Part shown: one piece after another, positions 49,457-61,689 of the stretch
Layout: each line of letters opens with the position of its first letter
Numbering within the stretch: the first letter of the stretch is position 1
DNA from: Octopus sinensis
Taxonomy: Eukaryota
Reading direction: 5' to 3'
Assembly: GCF_006345805.1 (NCBI RefSeq)
Contig: NC_043021.1
Location: 17,546,001-17,610,000 of the forward strand
DNA length: 64,000 nt
The notes under the pieces: model-generated
Told to the model about the DNA's origin: nothing
The model's input: the letters and a program-made list of their open reading frames with translations, nothing else
Databases searched by the model: none
Program-made: the position numbers and the translations under genes

Positions 49457-52400
49457 ATGGTTTCACTTGGCGAGGTTTAAATAAACGTCCTATACCAGAC
49501 CTGGCTTTTAGTTCAGAATGGATGAAGAGGAATGACAAGTCATGCTATAGCTAATAATGGTGACCAATAAGCCATGAGCAAGACGTGGCCAAAGATGACC
49601 AAGCAGACAGTTTCTAGGAAGCTTTGAAACAATGAAATCTTTTGGCAGAGTCCAGGCTTTGCTTGTCTACATTTGTGACTTTTTAATTAGTAATTTAAAA
49701 CAAGTAAAATAATTCAGAATTCTGTGAATTCCAAAGAATTTTAAAAGAAACAAAAGAAAAATATTAAAATATGATTGTATTTTGAAGAATTCTTGATATT
49801 TCCAACAACTTTAGAAAAATATGGAAATAATCTGCCTTATCTGCTCACAATTTTCAGTTTTTGTAGCTTTATTCTGGAATAAATCAGGATTAATTCTAAA
49901 GTCGTCAGGAATAACCATTTTACAAAGATTTTACTGAAGTGGGCACTGAACAATTTATTTTCCTTTCACCCAAAACTTGACAAAGACCAATCTTTCTTTA
50001 GACATTACACCTCCTGCTTTGACAGGAATATTTTTTTCAACAGAAAATTCTGAATAAAGTTTGTCTAACCACCAAAAACGTCTCCACACTCGAGAACATA
50101 TTTCAATATACCTGAAGTTGGTACTTCATATTAAAAGGTTCCTTACTATTACAGACTCCCTTCCCACTCACCCACCCCTCTTATTTTCATCCCTTCAACT
50201 AACCAGAAATGTTCTTTTGAAAAAACAAAAAAAATCTTTTCTTGATATGTGTTGAAGCACTGAAGAATTCCTGTGTATGGAAGAATGTTTTCACTCGAGA
50301 GGAAAAAAATTAAATTGCATTCTTCTGAGTTTCAGGAATTTGAGAAAACAAATCATAAATCTTCTTCCAATTCCTTAAACTTTACAATATTTTCAGTGTT
50401 ACAGCACTTCTATATTCCTGGAGACCCCAGGGGTGAGAGAGAGCTGAACTAGTTCCAGGGTAGATTCAAGCAAAGTGTCTCCTTGCTGCCAAGGTAAATA
50501 TCAAGAATTCCTGCTTATATCTTCAACACTGAAGAATTTTTATGCCTCCAAAAGTCATTTCAAAGAATTCAAGCCATGATGTCTTATTAAATGAGGAAAT
50601 ATTTCTCATCCAATAAATTGTTTTTGTAATATTTTCCGGGCCAGCAAGGTTTGAACATTTTGACAAACGCTGGCAACCAGAGGGCAGCACCAAGCTCCAT
50701 TATCTGCTTTGAAATGGATGTTCTTTTGTTTGTTTTACTGCTAAATGCTGTAATGGCAACCCCTTTGCTGGGTGTGCTGGGTCCTTTTTTTTCCATTACA
50801 TGACATTGCCACCAGTGACAACAACAAGTAACTCACAAGACAAGAGCCCTCAACTGAAGGGTGTGTCATAATATAGAAGGTGGCTTTATGACAGGTAAGG
50901 AGAGGTTAAACTATGAATAGAAAAACAGGTACAGGTGTGTGATTGATAAATGAGATCCACATTCACCCCAGGAGGAAGAAAAAGATAACCAACCAGCATT
51001 TCAGACTTCTCTTAAGATATGACAGAACAGTTACTGTTAGGTTGGGCCAAAAGTTTTGGAATTTTTCCAGAAAGGAGAAATTCATTTGAGATTTTCCTAA
51101 TCCAATGTCCCTCAAGTGAGCAAAACCTATCTAGAAAAACAGGTACAGGTGTGAGGTTGATGAGATCCACATTCACCCCAGGAGGAAGAAAAAATAGCAA
51201 ACAAACATTTTAAGCTGCTCTAAGGCAATGGATGCGACCCTAATATTCCTAGTTAGATGGAAACTGCGGATCCACATGGTGCAGTGCCCTGTGACATAGT
51301 ATACACAACCGAAACCCTTATGAAGGGGTGTCCTAGATGAGATAATCCAATGTCCCTCTCTCAGGTGATCAACAAAACCTATCTGGCAACCACTACACAC
51401 CCATTCATACCATTCTTGCTAAGATTATTGCATCAAGTGCTTTAAATTTATCCAGTGTATATATTTTAATAGAAAAAGTGTTTAAATGTTAGCATTGTTA
51501 CAACCGTTTGGTAACCGAACTGGGTTTGTTGGATTAGCAGCAGATATTAGAAGCTGGAATTAGCAAACAGTTGGGACCCCCTTCGGTCACGACACTGACC
51601 ATGGGATTGCACCTAGAAGGTTACCCTCCTAGTCACAAGTCTGGGCAAGGTGGTTTATGGAAGACCAGCAGTCGCCCATGCATACCGGCCTCCCCTCTCC
51701 ACGCCACCAGTGTTATCCAAGGGAAAGGCAAAGGGGCCCAATACAGCTTGGCACCCGTGACGTCGCAACTCATTTCTACAGCTGAGTGAACTGGAGCAAT
51801 GTGAAATAAAGTGTCTTGCTCAAGAACACAACACGCAGCCCGGTCCGGGATTCGAGCTCAAAACCTCACGATCATAAGCTCGATGCTCTAACCACTGAGC
51901 CATGCGTACAAACAGTACACTATAGCTATAACACTAAATTTGGGAACAACATTAAATGGGTGATGGTGGTTATTTGATGAAGTATCAACCACTGGTCTAA
52001 TGATGAAGTAAAACAGCAACTGAGTCCACCCTGCCCACCTCTACTGAAGTCAACACCAGATCCTATAAAGGACAGAATCAGAAATGCTGTTTTTTTTTTT
52101 GCTTTTTTTTCAAAATAAAAATCAGTAACACAAAGCACATTAACATAATTTTTGATTTAGACTCAAGACCGGCAATTTTAGTTGATTACCCCAGCCCCAA
52201 GTATATGACTGGTACTTTGACCTTTAAAAGATGAAAAGCCAAGTTAACCAAGGTTTGAACCATAAAGAGCCAGAACATACAAAGAATTTTGTCCAAGATT
52301 TTAATGATTCTTAATGCACCGTGATATAAGGAATACCTATTTCATTATTACCCACAAGGGGCTACACAGAGGGGACAAAAAAGGACAGACAAAGGGATTA

Positions 52401-53269
52401 AGTCGATTACATGACCCCAGTGCGAAACTGGTACTTTATCGACCCCGAGAGGATGAAAGGCAAAGTCGACCTCGGCGGAATTCGAACTCAGAACATAACA
52501 ACAGACGAAATACCGCTAAGCATTTCGCCCGGCGCGCTAACGGTTCTGCCTGATATAAGGAATACCACTGATCAGGAACCTACCCACCATGTCACACTTC
52601 AGCTACAATACCAAAACCCCAAAATACAATAAGAAACTAACGCAGCATGGTTGTCAAATACAGGTGACATAAAAGATTCCCTAATTTCTTCATAACTACC
52701 TTTACACTTTGAACACCGCCAAGCATCATCATCTGCTCCACAATTACCCGAACCAGAAGGCAAACAATGCCCGATTCTCACCCCCAATTCCAATTATAAG
52801 TGATGTAGGGGGAATAGCCATCATTTAACGACTTTTATATAGGTATGGGTTGGCCAGCTTGTCAGGATTCAATGGGCCCAAATACTTCATGTTCCAAAGA
52901 TAATTAATTGGTTGCCAAGAGAGAGAAAGAGAAAGAAAGAGCACTTCTGCAAACTCAAGGCATCTCCCTGCTCCAAACAAACGGTCACATCGATGACTAA
53001 ATACTAACGGCAGATGGTAGGGGTGGTTGGCTGAGGAAGTGGGATATAGAGTGAGGGAGGCAAGTAAGATACTTGGAGTTGTAAAAGGTATGCCGGGATA
53101 AAAGGTGTGTATGAGGGCATGATTATGCTGAGAATGTTATATGGTAGAGACATGGGGGCTGAGAGGAGGAGGAAAGGAGGCAACTAGATTCAAACAGGAT
53201 GGGCAATGAGGAGGTGCAAAGATGAGCAGGAATAAGAGAAAAGCTAACAACCAAAATGGATAGATGAAT

Positions 53270-53712
53270 TTTGAGGTGGTTCAGCCACATGGAGATGGAT
53301 GAGGAGCAGATGGTGAGGAGGGTGATGAAGGCAGAAGTGGTAGGTAGCAGAATCAGAGGCAGGCCTCGGTTTGTGTGGATGGATGGAGTGAGGAAAGCTT
53401 TGGTGGTTAGAGGTGTTGGAGTGAGAGAGGCAAGAGAGTTTATAAATGAAAGGAAAGCTTGGAGAGTGTTTGTGGATGGATGGGTGAATTGATGTTGCTC
53501 AAAGGGGTACGGAACCAGCATAATGTGGTAGGGGTAAACCATCAAATGCTGTCGGCCCCCGCTGCTGATATCAGGGGTTGTTTTCTGTGTCTTGACCTGA
53601 CCATAGGACAGGGTTCACCTCTGAGCTGGGAACTGAATGGAATGCCTGGTGTGTGTTTTGTTGTGGCTACCCACTTCCTATAGGAAATAAGCCTTGGTAA
53701 ATGAAATGAAGA
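53270..53712 (+). mobile_element. RTE-clade LINE 3' fragment
   Basis: LRWFSHM...V.GSR.RGRPRFVWMDGV...WR C-terminal motif, 3' UTR and (GAAAT)n tail. Confidence 0.8.
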
Positions 53713-55016
53713 CGGTCACCTCCAAACAGACATATACCACACTCCCAGAACACTCCCGCCACAGCATTCTAAAAGCACCAGTTTTCTCACACAGCTCAGA
53801 CAAACCTAAAAATTATTAGACACAGAAATAGCCCCCAACATCAATAGCCTCATATACCTAAAATGTATCTGGGTACACACCCTCAGCAGTAAATGTAGAG
53901 GAAGAGCAATTATCATACTTGACCAAGTCTGCCTTTCCCACCTACACTGGTCAAAGTCTGGACAGCCATGAGTAGCCTCTACTGAAGTCAACACCAGATC
54001 CTATAAAGGACAGAATCAGAAATGCTGTTTTTTTGGGGGTTTTTTTTTCAAAATAATAATCAGCAACACAAAGCACATTAACATAATTTTTGATTTAGAC
54101 TCAAGACCGGCAATTTTAGTTGATTACCCCAGCCCCAAGTATATGACTGGTACTTTGACCTTTAAAAGATGAAAAGCCAAGTTAACCAAGGTTTGAACCA
54201 TAAAGAGCCAGAACATACAAGGCATTTTGTCTGGACAGCCACGAGTAGCCTGGACAGTACCTCGTGTCTAGACTGTTACACTGCATCTCGAACAAGTGCA
54301 AAGTATGGTCCTCAACAAATCAGAGGAATATGGAAGGGTTCTTGGGAATCACACTTGTTTGGCTGACAAATGTGTTGCTTAGACTTTCCAGGGATCGCTG
54401 CTGATGGAGGGGCTACACAATATGTTTGGGTACATTGTAGGCACCATGCTTCCTGCTGCAGTCTTAACTTTGGTAGCAAGAGAACATTGATCTTCAGAAA
54501 TCTTTAAGTCAACTGTGGGATGTCATCAGCAGCTGGGTGAGTTGACCGGAAGTTGGGGCTAACCGGAAGGGGTCAGCCTGCAGGCGCGCACAGCGAGCGG
54601 TGAATTCAGCCTTTCGAACGAGGGCCGTCGAGGTGTCAAGATGTGGGAAGACGTCGCTAAGGTTGGGCGCAGCAGCTGCTATCTTTAGTGTTCGGGTCGG
54701 GGCTGTGTCGAAGGATCCGTTACCACTGAAGGGTCTCCATCGGAATGAAGAGAAGGTAGGTGCCTTTATATTCGAATCGCGCACACACTACATCAACTTA
54801 CTGTAAATTGCTTGCAGACACTCAGGAATAATTTGAGGAGTGTATTCTGGAGAAAAATTATTTCACTTTGACACTTTCTGTGTCTTGACCAGAGCATAGG
54901 ACAGGATTCACCTCTGAGCTGGGAAATGAATGGGATGCCTGGTGTGTGTTTTGTTGTGGCTACCCACTTCCTATGGGAAATAAGCCTTGGTAAATGAAAT
55001 GAAGACGGTCACCTCC

Positions 55017-55220
55017 ACGGGCTGTACGACAACCCTGATGACTACAGAAGTGGCAGAGACGTGGAGTGGAGAAAGCAGTGTTAGAGCAGTCGACGGAAGA
55101 GAAGTACACTGTGAAGGCGTTACAGATGCACGGATTGTAGTGCAGGGACTACAGCTGACGCTGCGAGCGATTGTGGTTGGTCACTTGGTGGACGAGATTA
55201 ACGTGGTGATGGGGATGGAT
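55017..55220 (+). mobile_element. LTR-retrotransposon (Gypsy-type) aspartic protease fragment
   Basis: TGCTTTL...VRAVDG..V.C.G...LVDEINVVMGMD; the catalytic Asp lies at or just before the junction and is missing. Confidence 0.65.
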
Positions 55221-55593
55221 AACCAAAAAGATCGCAAACTGAACAAGAGAGCTGCTTTCTCGTCAGTGTCTTGAATAAAATTATCATTTCAAGAAATACT
55301 GCAAATTAGGGAGATTAAAACAGAATCTGAACATGGAACAGTCTGGCCATCACTGAAATAATCCACCAGGATTAGCCTAAAGTAACCAATCAATATCCAG
55401 TAATCTAAGATTTTCTGTATTCAGTACAAAAACAGATTGCATTTTTTTGATTCACAGTAAAGTAGGTTCCATAATTTGACATCAGGCACCATATTCTAGA
55501 GAATATAAAATCTGTTTATGCATCATGTCTTCCTCAGAAGACGTGACATGTGAATTGGAATCATTTCAGCCAGGCACTGAAACAAGATTTTGA

Positions 55594-55978
55594 AGCACTC
55601 CATCGGTTACGACGACGAGGGTTCCGGTTGATCCGAATCAACGGAACAGCCTGCTCATGAAATTAACGTGTAATTGGCTGAGCACTCCACAGGCACGTGC
55701 ACCCTTAACGTAGTTCTCGGGGATATTCAGCGTGACACAGAGAGTGATAAGGCCGGCCCCTTTGAAATACAGGTACAACAGAAACTGGAAGTAAGAGTGA
55801 GAGAAAGTTGTGGTGAAAGAGAGTACAGCAGGGATCACCACCATCCTCTGCCGGAGCCTCGTGGAGCTTTTTAGGTGTTTTCGCTCAATAAACACTCACA
55901 ATGCCCGGTCTGGGAATCGAAACCGCGATCCTATGACCGCGAGTCCGCTGCCCTAACCACTGGGCCATTGCGCCTCCA
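55594..55978 (-). mobile_element. SINE family C
   Basis: Matches 3597-3979. Confidence 0.9.
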
Positions 55979-56639
55979 CACTGAAACAAGATTACATGCA
56001 ACAGCAGCAACTGACATCATTTACAGATAACAATTGATTATCAATTTTTAATAGATAAAAGTAGGAAGGATATAATTGACTGCAAAATCAAATATGAAAT
56101 GAAACTGCCAGGTCTGCCTTTGTTTTGTATCTAATGTTAATACACTCAATATTACCACACGGTCACTCAAGAAAGATTTATAGAAGACAGACCAAAGATT
56201 AATTCAATCAAATTAGTTCTAAATGGTGGTCAATCATCAATATCTATTAAATGGGGTTTTTTTTTTGGGGGGGGGGTTCCACAAGATAAAAGTTGGAAGT
56301 TCGAAATTCAAAACTGACCACGAGAGTAATATTGCAGTGACTGGTCCACCCCACTGGTCACTGGACAAATACTGCTGGCTGTGAATTATTCAGCATACTG
56401 ATCACTAGAATATTGTGACCAATATATAACAATCAATATTGGACACCACTACAGGGAATGGTCAGTTCTATTGACCTTTGAACCACCACAGCAACCGACC
56501 CACACCACTGTGACAGAGTTACATATTTAAATATCAAATGTATGAGGAGATACCCAAAAGTAACTGGAAATGTTGTGGGACAAGCCCATTGTAGTTCAGG
56601 CTTCTGCTGCTAGAAGCCACTTGATGCGAGCCTCAGGCA

Positions 56640-57015
56640 TCAGTCTGCCAACAAGCATCATCAAGTGAAGTTGTACTACCACGTGGTGTGTCTTTGTGTA
56701 CAGCTATCGACTGAATCCATTGTGAAAATCGACCCGCCGGATTTCTTAACGAAAGAAGGTAAGAATTGTTTTCTCTGTGGTTGCAACTGCGAAACAGGTA
56801 GTATGGAAGACAAGGATGAAAGGGGTGACAACAGGCAACTTCATCTCTGGTCCTAGTCTGGTGGTATATTTTAGATTCCACCTAAAAAGACAAATAGAGC
56901 TAGAGAGGAGGTTCCTGAGTAAGAAAGAGTTTGATGAAAGATGGAAGAATGTCGTGAATAAAAGGACCCTCATGAATGCGAGATAATCCAAAAAAGAAAA
57001 AAAAGGAAAAAAACC
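56640..57015 (+). mobile_element. Tx1/L1-like LINE ORF2 3' end with A-rich tail
   Basis: VQLSTESIVKI...CFL...AKQVVWKTRMKG, similar to 62130-62345; A-run after the stop. Confidence 0.6.
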
Positions 57016-57089
57016 AAGGTCAGTGACGAGGCGGGGCTCGTGGGGTCCGTAATCCCGCCCCACTCCATCTGTGAAAATTGTCCTGTACA

Positions 57090-58252
57090 GTGTCTTATCA
57101 TTCGTAAACTATAATCATGTATAATTTTTAACAGACCCCATACGCATGTTTAATGTTAAATCACTCGTGATTGTACCGTTTTTTTTATGTATAACCTTTT
57201 TGGTGAATAAAGAAAATGTGCTGTGTCTTTGTTCTGCGGTGCTTCTCCCCTGTTCATTGATCTTTGCAATGGCTGAAATGAAGAAACAGCATGCTTCCTT
57301 GAAATTCTGTTTTCTACTGGGGGAAAACGGTAGCCAAATCGGTTGTCATGCTTCAAACAGCTTGCAAGGACACAGCCACGAGCAAAACACAAGCTTAAGT
57401 GTGGTTTTCATGCTTTTAAGTGTGGCCACTTGTTGCTTGAATATCAACCTTGCTAAGGGCATCTGTCAACCTCCCAAATGAAAACAAAAATTCGTGAATT
57501 GGTCTTGGAGGACCATCACTGAACAATTGAAATTGATATGAGTGGTGTGTCCTGGAGCTCCTGCCAACGAGTCGCAAACGAAGAGTCGCAAACGAAGAGT
57601 CGCAAACGAAGAGTCGCAAACGAAGAGTCGCAAACGAAGAGTCGCAAACGAAGAGTCGCAAACGAAGAGTCGCAAACGAAGAGTCGCAAACGAAGAGTCG
57701 CAAACGAAGAGTCGCAAACGAAGAGTCGCAACGAAGAGTCGCAAACGAAGAGTCGCAAACGAAGAGTCGCAAACGAAGAGTCGCAAACGAAGAGTCGCAA
57801 ACGAAGAGTCGCAAACGAAGAGTCGCAAACGAAGAGTCGCAAACGAAGAATTGCAAACGAAGAATTGCAAACGAAGAATTGCAAATGAAAAGAGTTGCAA
57901 AATTTGGGCATTGCTTGCTCACAGAAGATCAAAAGCAGTTATGACTGAATGTCATGAAGGAAGAGAACAGTTGAAAGTTGATCCAGACCTTTTTCAAAGG
58001 TCTGATGACTGATGACGGAAGCTGGTGCTACAGAATTTGAAGATGTGGAAGAGTTGGAAAAAAACAAAACAAAAAAACAGATGTTAAAAGGCATCGCTTG
58101 GCAAGAGTTCCAGGACTGCTTCAAATAGTGGAAAAAATGTCTGGACTAATGCTTTGCTTCAAATGGAGAATACTTTGGAGGAAATAGAAGTGTAAACATG
58201 TAAAAATGAATAAAATATTGTAAAATTCCAGTTTCTTTTTGGTATCCACTCG
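57090..58252 (+). mobile_element. Mariner relic, internally deleted, with a tandem-repeat expansion
   Basis: MAEMKKQ.ASLKFCFLLG.. N-terminus; MSGVSWSSCQR...EELQMKRVAKF; C-terminal FQDCF..W....GEYF; 3' end tggtatccactcgta. Confidence 0.88.
57569..57885. repeat. 14-bp tandem repeat (gagtcgcaaacgaa), about 22-23 units
   Basis: Seen directly; the last units read gaattgcaaacgaa. Confidence 0.97.
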
Positions 58253-58487
58253 TAATTAACGAGCTTTAATTAAAGTGGAAGCTTAAAAGTTGTTAGTGGG
58301 GGGGGGGGGGTACATAATTAGCTGCCAGGTACTTTACTAGAATCTGAGCCAATGGTGTGTCAGAGCATCTCGACAGACTAGACCCAACCCGGTTTGCACC
58401 AGCAAAAGTGAATTAAGAGACATTTCCAAGTAGATTGATCCCTGTGCCATAACATCTACGTACACCATGGAATGCAAACGTCAAAGA

Positions 58488-58489
<2 letters not shown>

Positions 58490-58527
<38 letters not shown>

Positions 58528-58694
58528 CACAGACACACACACACACACATACACAGACACACACACACACACACATATATACACAGACACACACACATAC
58601 ACAGACACACCACACACACACATATACACAGACACACACACACACAACACACACACACATATACACAGACACACACACACACATATATACACAG

Positions 58695-58728
<34 letters not shown>

Positions 58729-58863
58729 ACATACACAGACACACACACACACATACACAGACACACACATACACACAGACACACACACATACACACACAC
58801 ATACACACACGTACATACACACACGTACATACACACACGTACATACACACACGTACATACACA

Positions 58864-58921
<58 letters not shown>

Positions 58922-58942
58922 TATATATACAGCCACACACAC
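58490..58942. repeat. (CA)n-rich compound microsatellite
   Basis: CA/TA/GA dinucleotide mosaic. Confidence 0.95.
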
Positions 58943-59077
58943 AGAACCACAAATGAAACCTCACACTGTAAAAGATTTGTTTCACACGATATTGAGATTA
59001 TACGGATTTTATCACATTTCTGGGTAATTTGACATCAAGAAGATGTCACTGGCACGACACCTCTCTTCTGAAAACAA

Positions 59078-59625
59078 TGGAACGGGTAGAGAAAAGGAGA
59101 ATTATTTTCAAAACTTTTCAAAACGTAGAATAAGAGAATCTACAAAACGGAGGGGAAATAGAAAAGTGTGTGAAGCCAACCTGGTCTGACATTCCATGGA
59201 TAAACAGAGGGAAGCGGTTTGGAAGAGTGGAAGAGTGGAAGCGAGGTTCAAATCAGAGGAATTAACCAGGCGGCTCTCTTCTGAGAGTGGGAAGAAGATC
59301 GAAACTTAACATATCTCCAGAAGTAGATGCCGTCTGGCTTGATGCGGCGATTATGATGAGCCTGGAGGAGATAATTCTCCAGGCATCGGTAGTCGAAGAG
59401 GAAAATTGGAAAAGACAAAGTGTGAACATGCCGATTCAGGCGAAAGTCCCTACTCTAGAGGAAATTGTGGAAGTTATAAACATCAGTGAGGAAAGGCCGA
59501 TAGTTTTTGTTGAAGGAAGGAAGACGAGATGCTTCAGCTGTGGACTAAAAGGACACAAGATCAGAATGTAAACCGGAAAAGAAAGCACAGGAAGAAGCGG
59601 TAGAGGAAGAAACAACCATCCCTAC
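59078..59625 (+). mobile_element. Tx1-like LINE ORF1 relic with zinc knuckle
   Basis: RGKRFGRV.., SKLNISPEVDA.., EGRKTRCFSCGLKGH (CX2CX4H); similar to 61269-61643. Confidence 0.65.
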
Positions 59626-60912
59626 TATACATCTTGGACACGTGGTACAAATCTTGGTGGTGGGGATATCTAAACAGCTTATCCCGCCACCGAAAACGAG
59701 GCCTACCTACTTCCTTCATGATTTCTATTACCCACCCCGAGAGACTCTTCCCTACATATTCTACTATGCTCCACCCTGTCCTCCACGCTTCTAACAAAAG
59801 AATCCCAGGCACCCGACGTCGCGTCTTCGTGTTCCAATAAGGCCTCGGAGAAGACCGCCGACCAATGGATATGCCCAGGACATGCAGAGTCGAGGAAACG
59901 ATCCCTCCAGTCAGGACAAGATGTACCTTCAACTTGTGAATGGGAGTTGGCAGTCGGCAGCCCCGACCCTTGACTCTTGTGAGTCTTTTTGGCCAGAGCT
60001 GCCTTCTTGGTTCCCCCACCTGCTAGGCAGTTTTGCCCAGTAGGAACTGTGCAACGACAACATTGATATGCCTGACCCCGGCTGCCAATAGCTCAGCCTC
60101 CTTCTCGACGAGGACCGCTACTTCCTCGTCAGACCAACAGCCCCTACGTCTTCAGGCAGAGGCTGCTCTATCCGCACGTTTCTTAGCCAGTTGCTCCTTA
60201 TGAGCAGCCATCCTGTGTGCATTCGCAGCTACAGGATGTTCGTGACATTCATGCTGAGATTGACCTGCAGCCGTCAAAAAAGAACGGCTGCAGTGGCCAC
60301 ACTAGAAGAAGGACTGAGCAGGACCAGATACACCAGATGTACCATTACACTTGCCAGCGTGACACCTCATAGAATGGAGGTGTCCGCTCTCCCTATCACA
60401 CTTACTGCACCTGTAGACCAGCTTCACATAGTGTCTACACTCCATACGTTCTCCCAATCGTCGGGAAGAAGAGAAGCGCTGAGGACATAGCGGACAGGCT
60501 ATGGAGCATGAGGCGCAGGGACTGAGTAACGGAAATTCGCTCCCTGCCGGCATGAGGCTTGATATCCCACGTCCCCCTCTCGGACCACTTCTAGAAAAAG
60601 AGAGTGGACGTCATGGAGGGGGTATCGAGCTATGTCCGGCGGGAGATGAAAACCCTTCACTACCAGGATGTGGCTAGGGTACTCTATTGTAAATAAGCCG
60701 TCTAGATTGAGTATACGTCAGCGTCGGGTGCAAATAGTGCTCGACGCTGGTCAAGTCGTTAACATGTGGGTCACTAAGTATACTATGGAGATGACCCATT
60801 GTCCACCGCAGGGGAAGGAGGCAAAGCGGCCGGGCGTGGGGAGGTCACACGCCCAGCCTGACCAGCAAGCCCTGACACGTAGGTCACCAGTTTAACGGCA
60901 CCTGGTTACGGT
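59626..60912 (-). mobile_element. R2-clade non-LTR retrotransposon 5' fragment: three zinc fingers plus Myb domain
   Basis: Minus strand from 60553: CPLC...; CSKC...HSMRCHAGKC; CGHCSRSFLTAAGQSQHECHEHP; WSDEEVAVL..E...IN....LLGKTA*QV (Myb); later KLFRYPHHQDLY; several stops and frameshifts. Confidence 0.8.
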
Positions 60913-60914
60913 AT

Positions 60915-61643
60915 GTTTGTAAAATCACTTCACTTTTTGGATTTGGATCGTTTTGCTTGTGTTTTTTCTTGAACGTGTATTGGATAGTGTTAAGTTGATT
61001 TTTGATTGTTGAGTGCTGCTTAGCAACGGGTTTTCCGGTTGTGCTTTCTCTTTCAATGAGAGACAGCGATGGCTACGGATAAAATGGTTTTTCGGACTCG
61101 AGAGTGGATCGGAATTGTCCTTTTCGGAGGAGGAATTGATAAAAACCGTAGATAAGACGGACAAATGCTTAGGAAGAAGTTTTGCGGAGATTACAGAAGT
61201 AAAAAAGGAAGGAAATCAATGTCAAACGTAAAGGAACACCAAAAGATGGTATGTAGAGGGGGGTTGACGTGAAGCCGTCACCACCACAGAAGGTTATAGA
61301 GGATATGGCTAAGAAGACCATCGTTTATAAAGTGAACTCGGTAGAAGAGGAAAAGACAGAACAAGTGGAGGCAGAAATAATCAAGAAAGTGTTAAGCGCA
61401 GTACATATTGTATTTCTGGCAAGAGGAAATAAATTTAGGACAGTGACTATACAAGACGGAAGAAACAGCAAGAAGGCAGGCAGTAAATACAGTAAAAATA
61501 AAGTGGTACTTCTGCCAACGTACATTGGAAGGAGGACGTCTAAAATTAAGGTTGAGGGAATCCCACCAGATATAGATGCAGCGGCTGTCCTTCTTGGAAA
61601 CATGGAAGAGGTACCCGTCCTACAAGCCACAGAAACTGGCTAA
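60915..61643 (+). mobile_element. Tx1-like LINE 5' UTR and ORF1 start
   Basis: T-rich leader, then KKTIVYKV...RGNKFRTV...SKIKVEGIPPDIDA. Confidence 0.6.
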
Positions 61644-61689
61644 TGATGCGCAATCACACGCTGAGGCTAAGGCATCTTTCGCTTTACCT

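Noticed and set aside
54520-54800. GC-rich patch with two CCGGAAG (ETS-like) motifs as a gene promoter
   Set aside because: No linked exon found; it is more likely the interior of a decayed minus-strand LINE, though this was not confirmed
57416-58012. 116-168 aa repetitive ORFs
   Set aside because: Products of the 14-bp array inside a dead mariner
58413-59032. His/Thr- and Cys/Val-rich ORFs
   Set aside because: (CA)n compound microsatellite
59600-60930. 28S rDNA target sequence around the R2-like fragment
   Set aside because: Looked for TTAAGG/TAGCCAAATGCC-type flanks on both sides and found none, so no rRNA feature is called
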